Origin: an uncultured Opitutaceae bacterium | GTDB lineage: Bacteria; Verrucomicrobiota; Verrucomicrobiia; Opitutales; Opitutaceae | DNA: 64,000 nt | Direction of reading: 5' to 3' | Assembly (NCBI GenBank): GCA_964541315.1 | Contig: CAZIQP010000003.1 | Location: forward strand, 1 to 64,000 | The notes under the pieces: model-generated | The model's database searches: none | What the model saw: only the letters and a program-made list of their open reading frames with translations | What the model was told of the DNA's origin: nothing | Shown: positions 27,743-37,672 of the stretch, in pieces | How positions within the stretch are numbered: the stretch's first letter is position 1 | Layout of the letters: each line of letters opens with the position of its first letter | Made by a program: the position numbers and the translations under genes

Positions 27743-28186
27743 ATGAAAAAAGCATTTGCCGCCTTCTTGATAGCTATAGTTTGCCTTGCCGTCATTGTCT
27801 CTCACGCGTGGCTGACCTGGGGCGAGACCGATATGCTTGGCTCTGGCATCACGCAGAAAGAGAGGGAGCTTTTCGAGTATTCGCTATTTTTGGAGTCGTT
27901 CGCGTTTATGCTGTCGACCGCATATTGGACGGGTCCTCGAATCTATCGAGTCTTCCGAGAGGAGGCTGCCGCCCTAAGTTTCGAAGGGGAGAAGGAGAAG
28001 GTATCGCGAACCGTGCATGTCTATGCGGCAATCTGCGTCGTCTTTCGCCGGCTTACACTCGACCGGAAAATGGGTGTTGGTGCGTTTGAGACCGCTGTTG
28101 CGATTGCACTAATTTCTGCACCTGCTGTTTGGGCTCTTGTAAGGAAAAAAGTGCACGCGAAGAAAAGGATCGCCTACCTCGCCTAA
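27743..28186 (+). CDS. Hypothetical membrane protein (gene-cassette-like)
   Basis: ATG preceded by AACGTTGCAAA; several hydrophobic segments; stop lies inside GCCTAAC (R'' consensus). Confidence 0.6.
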   Translation: MKKAFAAFLIAIVCLAVIVSHAWLTWGETDMLGSGITQKERELFEYSLFLESFAFMLSTAYWTGPRIYRVFREEAAALSFEGEKEKVSRTVHVYAAICVVFRRLTLDRKMGVGAFETAVAIALISAPAVWALVRKKVHAKKRIAYLA

Positions 28187-28209
28187 CCCAACTCCGCCGA
28201 CATTGGTCA

Positions 28210-28345
28210 GGGAGCAAAAAAAGGGGGCAAGACCGCAAATATTATAATTGGCGTTGAAACGGAGCGCGGCATGGCCGGGGCATGCGAGAAATTGAGGTTG
28301 GAATTTCCCGGGGCGTGTCACCGCGTGCCCTGCCGGGGCAACGGG
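28210..28345 (+). pseudogene. 5' remnant of a Y1 (IS200/RAYT-like) transposase with upstream end
   Basis: Translates KLRLEFPGACHRVPCRGN, resembling the 'R.LR.E.PG..YHV..RGN' N-terminus of REP-associated tyrosine transposases; truncated at the convergent gene; similar to 50916-50981. Confidence 0.7.
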
Positions 28346-29005
28346 CTAGCGCACGTTGGCGTAGGCGCTGATGAGGATGTCGTGGCCGGTGGTGTCGCGA
28401 CCGGTGATGCGGATCGCGGCGTTGGCGACGGTGGCGGTGGTGCGGGGGATGACGATGAGTTTGTACACCTGATCGGGTATGACGGACTCGAGCCGGACCG
28501 TGAACGCGTCGTTGGTGGGGACGGCCTGGGTGAAACTGATGCGCAGCGCGCCGTTTGCGCGGAGTTCGGCGGATTTTCCGTCCGCCGTCCCGTTGAGTTT
28601 CCATTCGAGCGAGCGGGGGACGAGCAAGGCGGGCTCGGGGATCTCGATGCGCACGGTCAGGCGTTGCGGGGCGGTGAGGCGGTCGTCCGTCACGACCTGA
28701 ATCCAGCGCTCATAAACTCCCGGGGGTTCCTCGGCGGAGAATTCGGCGGTGATTTGTCCGGCCTCGCCCGGGGCGTAGAGTTTTTTGTCGGTGCGGGCGG
28801 AGAGGCAACTGCAACTGGTCTGGAGATCGAGCAGGTGGGTGTTTTTTTTCCCGTCGTTCCTGAAGTTGAAAACCAGCGTGACGGTTTTCTGAAACGGCGC
28901 GGCGCGGGCGTCGAGCGTGGTGGCCGTCCATTCCAGCGCGGCGGCGGGGCGGGTGGCGACCAGGACCAGGAGAAAAAGAATGAGCGGACGCGCGGTGGGC
29001 ATCAC
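28346..29005 (-). CDS. Secreted DUF1573-like Ig-fold protein
   Basis: Signal peptide; F.FRN.G, 'TSCSCL', 'YAPGEAGQI' motifs. Confidence 0.8.
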   Translation of the reverse strand: MMPTARPLILFLLVLVATRPAAALEWTATTLDARAAPFQKTVTLVFNFRNDGKKNTHLLDLQTSCSCLSARTDKKLYAPGEAGQITAEFSAEEPPGVYERWIQVVTDDRLTAPQRLTVRIEIPEPALLVPRSLEWKLNGTADGKSAELRANGALRISFTQAVPTNDAFTVRLESVIPDQVYKLIVIPRTTATVANAAIRITGRDTTGHDILISAYANVR

Positions 29006-29027
29006 GGGGGGATGCCGCAGTTTCGGC

Positions 29028-29387
29028 TCAGCCGCCAGTCTTGAGTTCGAGCAGGGCGGGACGGACCCGGTTGAAGGCTTCCTTCAGGGTGGGCAGGCGG
29101 GCCTGGGCCTCGGCAAAGGCGGAGGCCTTGCCCTTGTGCTCGATTTCGCAGGCGATGGCGGCGAGTTCCGTGGCGCCAAAGTTGCTCGAACTGCCCTTGA
29201 TGCTGTGGGCGGCGCGGGTGAGTTCGGCGGCGTTTTCGGTGGCGAGCGACTGTTCGATCTCGGTGATGCGCTGGGGCGTGTCGGTGAGATAGATGTCGAT
29301 CAGCTCGTGGAGGAACTCCCCGCTGTCATCCGGACTGATGGCCCGGAGGCTTTCGATGGCTTGGGGATCTAACAGGGTATTTGACAT
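29028..29387 (-). CDS. Stand-alone Hpt phosphotransfer protein
   Basis: 'AAHSIKGSSSNFGA' Hpt motif; start ATG 29387. Confidence 0.9.
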   Translation of the reverse strand: MSNTLLDPQAIESLRAISPDDSGEFLHELIDIYLTDTPQRITEIEQSLATENAAELTRAAHSIKGSSSNFGATELAAIACEIEHKGKASAFAEAQARLPTLKEAFNRVRPALLELKTGG

Positions 29388-29416
29388 GGTGGTGGTGGGA
29401 TAAAGGTTAAAGGCGG

Positions 29417-31123
29417 TCAACTGGCCCATTCGAAGGAGCTGTTGGCCTCGATTTCTTCGATCGTGGTCAGGCCGAGGAGAACTTTCTTGAGCCCGTCATA
29501 GCGGAGGGGACGGAAGCCCACTTTGGCGGCGGCGCGGGTGATTTCCTGGGCGCTGCGGCCGTCGGAGATGATCTGGCGGATTTCCTCGGTGATGAGGACG
29601 AGTTCGTGGAACGCGACGCGACCACGATAACCCGTGCCCCGGCAATGCGTGCAACCGCGGCCGCGATAGAAGGGGACATCGGTCAGGCCTTCTTCGAGGA
29701 AATGCTTTTGCAGCACGGCGCGCGAAGGCTGGTAGGCCTCCTTGCATTTTTCGCAGATCCGGGCGGCGAGACGCTGCGCGAGCACGCCGATGACGGCGGG
29801 GGCGACCATGAAAGGCTCGACCCCGATTTCCATCAGACGGGTGATGGCCTGGGCGGCGGTGTTGGTGTGCAGCGTGGCGAGCACGAGGTGTCCGGTCAGG
29901 GCGGCCTCGGTGGCGATCTTGGCGGTTTCCAAATCCCGGATCTCGCCGACGAGAATGACGTCGGGATCCTGGCGGAGGAGGGAGCGCAGGAGCGTGGAAA
30001 ATTTGAGATCGATGTGCGAATTGACCTGGCTCTGGGTCACACCCGGCAACTGGATTTCGACGGGGTCCTCGATGGTGCAGATGTTCACGTCGGGCTTGTT
30101 GATTTCGCTGAGCGCGGCGTAGAGCGTGGTGGTCTTGCCGGAGCCGGTGGGGCCGGTCACGAAGATGATGCCGTTCGGGTTTTGGACGAGGCGCTGGAAA
30201 GGCTGCAGGATGGTCTGGGAAATGAGCATCTGCTCCAGCGAGAGCATGGTCTTTTTCCCGGTGGCGGCCAGGACGCGGATCACGGCTTTCTCACCGTAGG
30301 CGGAGGGAATGCTGGAGAAACGGAAGTTGGCCTTGCTGGCGCCGATCGGCACGGTGAAACGGCCGTCCTGCGGAAACCTGCTTTCCGCGATGTTGAGATT
30401 GCTCATGATCTTCAGCCGGGAAATGATCGCGCGGTGCAGCTTGCGGGAAAAATGCAGGACCTCGCGCATGTTGCCATCGACGCGGAAACGGATGCGCGAA
30501 TTCATCTCGTGCGGCTCGATATGGATGTCGGTGGCGCGTTCGCGCAGGGAGAAATAGATGATCTCATCCAGAACCTTCAGGAGGGATTCCGAATCGGCGA
30601 TGACCTCCGTGTCGCCGCCGCCGGGCTGGCCGAAGCCTTCCTTGGTCTCCAGGGCGTTCAGGCTGTCGTGCAGGGATTTTTCCGTGCTGTAATGGATGGC
30701 GATGCAGTCCTCGATTTCGCAGGGGAGGCTGAAGACGGGGCTGATCGGGATCTGGGCGATGTTTTGCAGGCGCTGGACCTGTTCGCGATCCTGGGGCGAC
30801 CCCATGGCGACGGTCAAAACGCCGTCGATGATATAAAGCCCGATGCACATCGCCTTTTTGGCGATTTCGTGGGGAAAGGTCTGCACGGCTTCCTCGGTGA
30901 TGGCGGAGGAAAGCACATCGACGTAGGCGATGCCGATCGAGTTGGACCACTGGCGGCACGCGTCGTCCTTGCTCACGATGCGCTGCTCGATGACCGCCTG
31001 AAGGTGAGCGAGCGTGCCGGGTCCGTGCTTTTTTCCAAGATCGTCCACCTCGCCGGCGGAGGTGAAATTGGGCAGGGCCTTGAGGAGCCGGACGAACTCG
31101 TTATTGTTGTTTTTTGATAGCAC
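29417..31123 (-). CDS. GspE/PulE/PilB-family secretion/pilus assembly ATPase
   Basis: ATDIHIEP, PQDGR, Walker A GPTGSGKT, TIEDPVE, LRQDPD..VGEIRD, TGHLV.ATLH, Zn cysteines CEKC/CTHC; likely GTG start 31123. Confidence 0.92.
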   Translation of the reverse strand: MLSKNNNNEFVRLLKALPNFTSAGEVDDLGKKHGPGTLAHLQAVIEQRIVSKDDACRQWSNSIGIAYVDVLSSAITEEAVQTFPHEIAKKAMCIGLYIIDGVLTVAMGSPQDREQVQRLQNIAQIPISPVFSLPCEIEDCIAIHYSTEKSLHDSLNALETKEGFGQPGGGDTEVIADSESLLKVLDEIIYFSLRERATDIHIEPHEMNSRIRFRVDGNMREVLHFSRKLHRAIISRLKIMSNLNIAESRFPQDGRFTVPIGASKANFRFSSIPSAYGEKAVIRVLAATGKKTMLSLEQMLISQTILQPFQRLVQNPNGIIFVTGPTGSGKTTTLYAALSEINKPDVNICTIEDPVEIQLPGVTQSQVNSHIDLKFSTLLRSLLRQDPDVILVGEIRDLETAKIATEAALTGHLVLATLHTNTAAQAITRLMEIGVEPFMVAPAVIGVLAQRLAARICEKCKEAYQPSRAVLQKHFLEEGLTDVPFYRGRGCTHCRGTGYRGRVAFHELVLITEEIRQIISDGRSAQEITRAAAKVGFRPLRYDGLKKVLLGLTTIEEIEANSSFEWAS

Positions 31124-31307
31124 GGCGGGTGCGGTTTTTTTGGAACAGTTTCGAGATTTCGGTCCGGTCCAGTTTCTCCATGGCAAACACGGCGGCGTTG
31201 CGCTCGAGCTGCACCTCGCGGAGCAGATCAGGCAGGGAGTAGCGCACCTCGGAGATCAAGGGAGCAGCGGGTGCGGGCTCAGGCGCGCCATTGGCGAGGG
31301 ATTTCAT
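31101..31307 (-). CDS. Small hypothetical protein (68 aa)
   Basis: ATG overlaps the upstream stop (ATGA); fills the gap in the operon; MKSLANGAPEP...RYSLPDLLREVQLER...KKQQ. Confidence 0.65.
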   Translation of the reverse strand: MKSLANGAPEPAPAAPLISEVRYSLPDLLREVQLERNAAVFAMEKLDRTEISKLFQKNRTRRAIKKQQ

Positions 31308-31723
31308 GGCGCGGCGGCCTCCTCCTTGGCGGAGCTGTCCTCGGGGCCAAAGCAGTCGGCGATGATCTTGGTGAGCAGGGCGATCATCTCGTCGCGTGGC
31401 AGGTCCTTGCGCAGATAATCCAGCGCGCCGAGGGTGGCGCATTGTTCGACAATCTGGCGGTTGGTCAGGGAGGTCAGCATGATGACCAGCGCCTGGGGAT
31501 CTTTCTGCATGATCTGGGTCAGCGCCTGCACGCCGTCCATGATGGGCATGTTCACGTCGAGGAGGACGAGATCGGGCTTGTGCTTCTCGTAGAGGCTGAC
31601 CGCTTCCTGGCCGTTGGCGGCTTCGATGATGACGGGACTGCCGAGGCGCTTGAGAACCAGTCCGATAAATTTGCGGATGTGCGCTTCGTCGTCGGTGAGG
31701 AGGACTTTGCCGGTGAAGTTCAT
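31304..31723 (-). CDS. Single-domain response regulator (CheY-like)
   Basis: TDDE, LLDVNMPIMDG, MLTS, YLRK. Confidence 0.9.
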   Translation of the reverse strand: MNFTGKVLLTDDEAHIRKFIGLVLKRLGSPVIIEAANGQEAVSLYEKHKPDLVLLDVNMPIMDGVQALTQIMQKDPQALVIMLTSLTNRQIVEQCATLGALDYLRKDLPRDEMIALLTKIIADCFGPEDSSAKEEAAAP

Positions 31724-32865
31724 GCGGGTTGGGGGATGGAAAACATAAAGGTGCAGCCGCCGCCGGGGCGGTTGTTGGCGCGAATGGTGCCGCCGTGCGC
31801 CTCGATGATTTTTCGGCAGATCGCCAGGCCCAGGCCGGTGCTTTTTTCTCCCGCCGTGGGGGCGACGGAGGTCTGGCTGAAATCCTTGAAGAGCTTGTGC
31901 ATCTCGTCCTCAGGGATGCCCGGACCATTGTCGAGCACGGCCACGGTGCAGTCCGCCGCCGTCTGGCTGGCTTCCACGGAAACGGACGAATTCGGCGGGG
32001 AAAACTTGATCGCGTTCGTGATCAGGTTGTCGATCACCTGCTTGATCTTGGGGCCGTCGACGTTGAGCTGCGCGGGCAGGTCGACCGACTTCAAATTGAT
32101 GTGGCTGCCTTTCTTGGCGGCGTTGATGTTGTTCAGCGTGACGGACCGTTCCAGCACCTCGGTCAGACTGACCGGCTTGGGATGAATTTTCAATTCCCCC
32201 GACTCGATCACCGAGAGGTCCAGCAGCTCATTCACCATTTCAAGCATCGACTGGCTGACGGAATAAATATTTTCGACCAGATCGATCTGGTCCGTGGTCA
32301 GCTTGCCGTCCTTTCCGTCGTCGCGCAAGAATTCCGCCAGGCCGCGCACGGTCGCGAGCGGATTCCGCAGATCGTGCGCCACCATGCCGAGGAGCTTGTT
32401 TTTTGACGAATTGGCGGCGCTCAACTGGGCCACCAGTTTCTTCTGCTCTTCGTTCAATATCCGGTTTTGGAGATGAACCTTGAGGCGGGCCATGGCCTCA
32501 CGGCCACGAAAGGGTTTGGGCAGGTAGTCGACGCCACCGGCGGCCAGGCCCTCGACCACATCATCGGATTCGGCCTTGGCGGTGATGAAGATCACCGGGG
32601 CCATGTTGTCCCCATAGCGGGCCTTGAGTGTCCGGCAGGTTTCAAATCCGTTGATGCCGGGCATAATGACGTCCAGCAGGACCAGATCGGGCATGAAGGT
32701 GGCGTACTGTGCCAGCGCATCTTCGCCGGAATAGACCTGCTCCACGATCAATCCCTCAGGTTTTAGAATCCGGGAGAGAATGCGGAGATTCAGCCGATCG
32801 TCATCGACGATCAGTACCTTTCGTCCCTGAAGGTCCGGCTTGGGCGGCTCGACTGGTGGATTCAT
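31720..32865 (-). CDS. Cytoplasmic hybrid histidine kinase (REC-HisKA-HATPase)
   Basis: N-terminal receiver (VDDD, DVIMPG, KPF), H-box AHDLRNPL, NLITNAIKF, DNGPGI, TGLGL; no TM helix. Confidence 0.92.
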   Translation of the reverse strand: MNPPVEPPKPDLQGRKVLIVDDDRLNLRILSRILKPEGLIVEQVYSGEDALAQYATFMPDLVLLDVIMPGINGFETCRTLKARYGDNMAPVIFITAKAESDDVVEGLAAGGVDYLPKPFRGREAMARLKVHLQNRILNEEQKKLVAQLSAANSSKNKLLGMVAHDLRNPLATVRGLAEFLRDDGKDGKLTTDQIDLVENIYSVSQSMLEMVNELLDLSVIESGELKIHPKPVSLTEVLERSVTLNNINAAKKGSHINLKSVDLPAQLNVDGPKIKQVIDNLITNAIKFSPPNSSVSVEASQTAADCTVAVLDNGPGIPEDEMHKLFKDFSQTSVAPTAGEKSTGLGLAICRKIIEAHGGTIRANNRPGGGCTFMFSIPQPA

Positions 32866-33009
32866 ATGCTTGCGTGCACCTCATTTATCGACGCCGGCTT
32901 GCGAAAGATTAGCGGAATTTACCGGGCGCGCACATCGTCACATCATGGCATGCAGATGCGTTGATATTATACTTGCCTGACGCGAAAATGTGCCGATTGT
33001 GCACGTTCT

Positions 33010-34185
<1,176 letters not shown>

Positions 34186-34208
34186 TCCACCCCCGACGCA
34201 TTACTCTC

Positions 34209-35642
34209 ATGGCCAAAGCCTCCAAATCCTCGCGCAAAGCTGCGCCCGACTTCCACGTTAAAGACATTTCGCTCGCCTCCTGGGGCCGCAAAGAAATCTC
34301 CGTTGCCGAGCACGAAATGCCCGGCCTCGTTTCTGTCCGCAAGAAGTTTGGTCCGAAGCAGCCGCTTGCCGGCGTGCGTATCACCGGCTCGTTGCACATG
34401 ACGATCCAGACGGCAGTCCTCATCGAGACCCTCAAGGCGCTCGGTGCCGATGTCCGCTGGGCCTCGTGCAATATTTTCTCCACGCAGGATCACGCCGCCT
34501 CGGCCATCGCCGCGACCGGCACCCCGGTCTTCGCCTGGAAGGGCGAGACGCTCGAAGAATATTGGGATCTTACACTGCGTGCCATTTCGTTCCCCGGCGG
34601 CAAGGGCCCGCAGCTCGTCGTCGATGACGGCGGCGACGTCACTCTTCTCATTCACAAAGGCTGCGAGCTCGAAGAGGGCAGCGACTGGGTCAACACGGCT
34701 TCCGGTTCGCACGAGGAACAGGTCATCAAGAACCTCCTCAAGCGCGTCTATAAAGAAGACCCGAAGCGATGGACGAACATCGCCAAGGAATGGCGCGGCG
34801 TTTCCGAGGAGACCACCACCGGCGTACACCGCCTCTACCAGATGCTGGAGAAGGGCAGACTCCGCGTGCCGGCCATCAACGTCAACGACTCCGTCACCAA
34901 GTCGAAGTTCGACAATCTCTACGGCTGCCGCGAGTCACTCGCCGACGGCTTGAAGCGCGCCACCGACGTCATGATCGCCGGCAAGGTTGCCTGCGTGTGC
35001 GGCTATGGCGACGTGGGCAAGGGCTCGGCGTTTTCGCTCAAGGGCTTTGGCGCGCGTGTCATCGTCACGGAGATCGATCCGATCAACGCCCTCCAGGCGG
35101 CGATGGAAGGTTTCGAGGTCAACACGATCGAGTCCACGCTCGGCACCGCCGACATCTACGTTACCACGACCGGCAACAAGGACATCATCACGCTTGAGCA
35201 CATGCGCAAGATGAAGGACCAAGCCATCGTCTGTAATATCGGCCATTTCGACAACGAGATCCAGATTGACCGCCTCAACCAATCCGACGCAAAGCGCATC
35301 AACATCAAGCCACAGTACGACCTGTATACTTTCCCGAAAGGCAACAGCATCTACATGCTCGCGGAAGGCCGTCTCGTGAATCTCGGTTGCGCCACCGGCC
35401 ATCCGTCGTTCGTCATGTCGAACAGCTTCACCAACCAGACGCTCGCCCAGCTCGACCTCTGGAAGAACAAAGACACCTACAAGATCGGGGTCTATCGTCT
35501 GCCGAAGCACCTCGACGAGGAAGTCGCCCGTCTGCACCTCGAGAAGATCGGCGCCAAGCTCACGAAGCTCACGAAGTCCCAGGCCGAATACCTCGGCGTG
35601 CCTGTCGACGGCCCGTACAAGCCGGAGCATTATCGGTATTGA
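34209..35642 (+). CDS. ahcY: Adenosylhomocysteinase
   Basis: [46 protein letters not shown]; start ATG 34209. Confidence 0.98.
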   Translation: MAKASKSSRKAAPDFHVKDISLASWGRKEISVAEHEMPGLVSVRKKFGPKQPLAGVRITGSLHMTIQTAVLIETLKALGADVRWASCNIFSTQDHAASAIAATGTPVFAWKGETLEEYWDLTLRAISFPGGKGPQLVVDDGGDVTLLIHKGCELEEGSDWVNTASGSHEEQVIKNLLKRVYKEDPKRWTNIAKEWRGVSEETTTGVHRLYQMLEKGRLRVPAINVNDSVTKSKFDNLYGCRESLADGLKRATDVMIAGKVACVCGYGDVGKGSAFSLKGFGARVIVTEIDPINALQAAMEGFEVNTIESTLGTADIYVTTTGNKDIITLEHMRKMKDQAIVCNIGHFDNEIQIDRLNQSDAKRINIKPQYDLYTFPKGNSIYMLAEGRLVNLGCATGHPSFVMSNSFTNQTLAQLDLWKNKDTYKIGVYRLPKHLDEEVARLHLEKIGAKLTKLTKSQAEYLGVPVDGPYKPEHYRY

Positions 35643-35660
35643 CCCGGAGCCGGTTCAATA

Positions 35661-35692
35661 CCGCCAGCCGTAGCCTTGGCGAAGGCTGGCGG
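35661..35692. repeat. Short REP-like palindrome
   Basis: CCGCCAGCC-GTAGCCTTGGCGAA-GGCTGGCGG downstream of ahcY. Confidence 0.5.
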
Positions 35693-35712
35693 AAATTGTG
35701 CTCAACACCTTC

Positions 35713-35745
35713 AAGCCCGCGTCACCCGACGCGGGCTTTTATTTT
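35713..35745 (+). terminator. Rho-independent terminator of metK-ahcY
   Basis: GCCCGCGTC-accc-GACGCGGGC-TTTTATTTT. Confidence 0.85.
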
Positions 35746-35787
35746 CTCCGATTGCGCCTGATGTTTTCCAAGTCGTACGATGATCGC

Positions 35788-36246
35788 ATGACTCCTGCCG
35801 AACTTACCGCAACAGCCACGCAATTGATCGTTGAAATCGAGAAACTCATCCCGGGATGCATGCAGAATCCGGCGGACCGCGATAACAATCTCGGCAACGT
35901 CACGCTGATGATCGTCGCGGAAGGCGGGCAGATTTTTGGCCGGATGTTTGGCGACACCCAGCAACGCCAGAGGAACACGAGTCGGATTGCTTGGCAGAAA
36001 TCCATGCAGGTCTGGATGACGGGGCAGGCGACCGGTGAGTTCGAAAAACAAGTTTATGGACGGAACGTCGATCCCGGCCAATTCGGCCTGCAACATCCCG
36101 ATCTCATCGGTTGGCAGGGAGGTTTACCGGTGGTGGCGAAAGACGGGACCAAGCTCGCGGTCGCGATGAGCGGATTCACGGGAGAGACCGATTGCGCGAT
36201 TATCCGCCAAGCCGTGGCCAAAGTGCCGGGATTGGCGATGGGGTGA
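35788..36246 (+). CDS. GlcG/HbpS-like (putative heme-binding) protein
   Basis: 'IAWQKS', 'GGLPV...G...AVAMSG...ETD' pattern typical of this fold. Confidence 0.6.
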   Translation: MTPAELTATATQLIVEIEKLIPGCMQNPADRDNNLGNVTLMIVAEGGQIFGRMFGDTQQRQRNTSRIAWQKSMQVWMTGQATGEFEKQVYGRNVDPGQFGLQHPDLIGWQGGLPVVAKDGTKLAVAMSGFTGETDCAIIRQAVAKVPGLAMG

Positions 36247-36316
36247 AGGCAACGCGCTTCACCTGCAATCATCGACACTACGAGGGATTTTTGTCGCGCG
36301 ATGTCCGCGTTGCTAT

Positions 36317-37141
36317 TCAACCCGACACCAGATCGTAACTTCCGTTGCGTCGTACCACGCGAAGTTTTTTGCCGAAGAGCCGGGAGAGTCTTGGCGCGGT
36401 GAGCATCTCGGACTTGGGTCCGTCGGCCTGAATTTTTCCGTGACGCATAAAAATGACCCGGTCGATTTCAGGGATGAGATCGGAGATGTTGTGCGTAATG
36501 AGGATTAGTGTTTTTCCCAGACTGGTCAGTGCTCGAAGCACGGCGCGAAACTCCCGCACGGCGCCAGGATCGAGGCTGTTGGTGGGCTCGTCGAGGATGA
36601 GCGCTTCAGGGTTGTGGACCAAAGCCCGGCCAATGATGGCGCGGCGTTGTTCGCCGGAAGAAACTTTCGCGAGGGAACGGTTGGCCAGGTGAGAGATTTT
36701 TAACTGCCGCATGATCCGTCGGGCCTGCTTTTCCTGGCTGGGCGTCACGCGCTGATGCGGCCAGAGGCCAATGCTGTTGTGGAAGCCGGAAAGAATCAGT
36801 TCGCGGGCGGTCACCTGGCGCAGCGTGATTTCGTGCGAGAGGTTCTGGAGCAGATCGAGGGCGACAATTCCGAGGTGTCCGCGCATGTCGTTCAAATCCC
36901 AATCATCTTGGCCCAGCACTTGGAAGCGCATCTTCTTCCCCTGATCGAGCGGATAGAGTTCGCGCGTGATGGCTTTGATCAGGGTGGACTTGCCCGAGCC
37001 ATTGGGGCCGAGGATTGCGACATGTTCGCCGCGTCGAATCTGGAGCGACAGATTTCTCAGGACAACCTTCTCGCCGCGGACAATGGAGACGTGGGCGAAA
37101 TCGATGAGGAGGGGAGAGGCCGCGAGTTTGGCGTTGGGCAT
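36317..37141 (-). CDS. ABC transporter ATP-binding protein (ModF-like, orphan)
   Basis: GPNGSGKS, VSSGE, ILDEP, ITH; start placed at ATG 37141. Confidence 0.88.
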   Translation of the reverse strand: MPNAKLAASPLLIDFAHVSIVRGEKVVLRNLSLQIRRGEHVAILGPNGSGKSTLIKAITRELYPLDQGKKMRFQVLGQDDWDLNDMRGHLGIVALDLLQNLSHEITLRQVTARELILSGFHNSIGLWPHQRVTPSQEKQARRIMRQLKISHLANRSLAKVSSGEQRRAIIGRALVHNPEALILDEPTNSLDPGAVREFRAVLRALTSLGKTLILITHNISDLIPEIDRVIFMRHGKIQADGPKSEMLTAPRLSRLFGKKLRVVRRNGSYDLVSG

Positions 37142-37234
37142 GGGTGCAGCAAAGGACGAAAAGGTGACGTCCATGTCAGCCATCCTTTGCCAAGGCTGCG
37201 GATGGCAAATTTCTTTCCCGGTTGGAAAGAAATT

Positions 37235-37257
37235 TGGCGGAGAGGGGGATTCGAACC
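37235..37257 (-). mobile_element. tRNA 3'-end fragment (Ser-like), probable att-site duplication
   Basis: Minus strand GGTTCGAATCCCCCTCTCCGCCA (T-loop, acceptor 3' strand, CCA) with no 5' half; neighbouring inverted repeat CTAAGTC..GACTTAG. Confidence 0.7.
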
Positions 37258-37386
37258 AATTTCCGTCAGAAAAGCTAAGTCGCTTAAAGGACGCGGACTT
37301 AGTTGAAGGTTGATTTCTTAGAACAGGAAAACAGATGCAGAAAAAATGCGGTGAAGTGAAGGCAAAAACAGAATATTTGGCAACCT

Positions 37387-37557
37387 TCAGATAACCTTGC
37401 ACGCATCAGCGGCGAGCAATACCTCGGGATGCTTGCGGGCAATATCGGGCAAGCGCAGCGCGGCTCCGGTCGGTTTCATCCGCCAGCGCTCCCAACTCAC
37501 AGCAGTCACGGTTGGAATATTCATCATAGCGGCAAAAACTGGCTGGCGGTTTTGACC
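37387..37557 (-). pseudogene. XRE/HTH_3 (HigA/MqsA-type antitoxin) C-terminal fragment
   Basis: Translates QPVFAAMMNIPTVTAVSWERWRMKPTGAALRLPDIARKHPEVL; in-frame stop just upstream, no N-terminus. Confidence 0.7.
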
Positions 37558-37672
37558 TTATGCAACGAAGCCTCGTTGTTTTTGAGATGCACCCCTGCTC
37601 CTTAGCCGTTCCGCGACGGCACGACTTTCATAAGTGTAATTCGCCTGACGTAGTGAAACTTAACGCGATTCA

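Noticed and set aside
28271..29044. 257-aa ORF as an intact transposase
   Set aside because: Only the first ~25 codons resemble a Y1 transposase; the rest is antisense to the DUF1573-like gene and lacks HUH/Tyr motifs.
32866..33009. SAM or SAH riboswitch upstream of metK
   Set aside because: No recognisable consensus by eye; an Rfam scan would be needed.
37235..37330. Intact tRNA gene
   Set aside because: Only the last 23 nt match; no D-arm, anticodon arm or 5' acceptor strand upstream.
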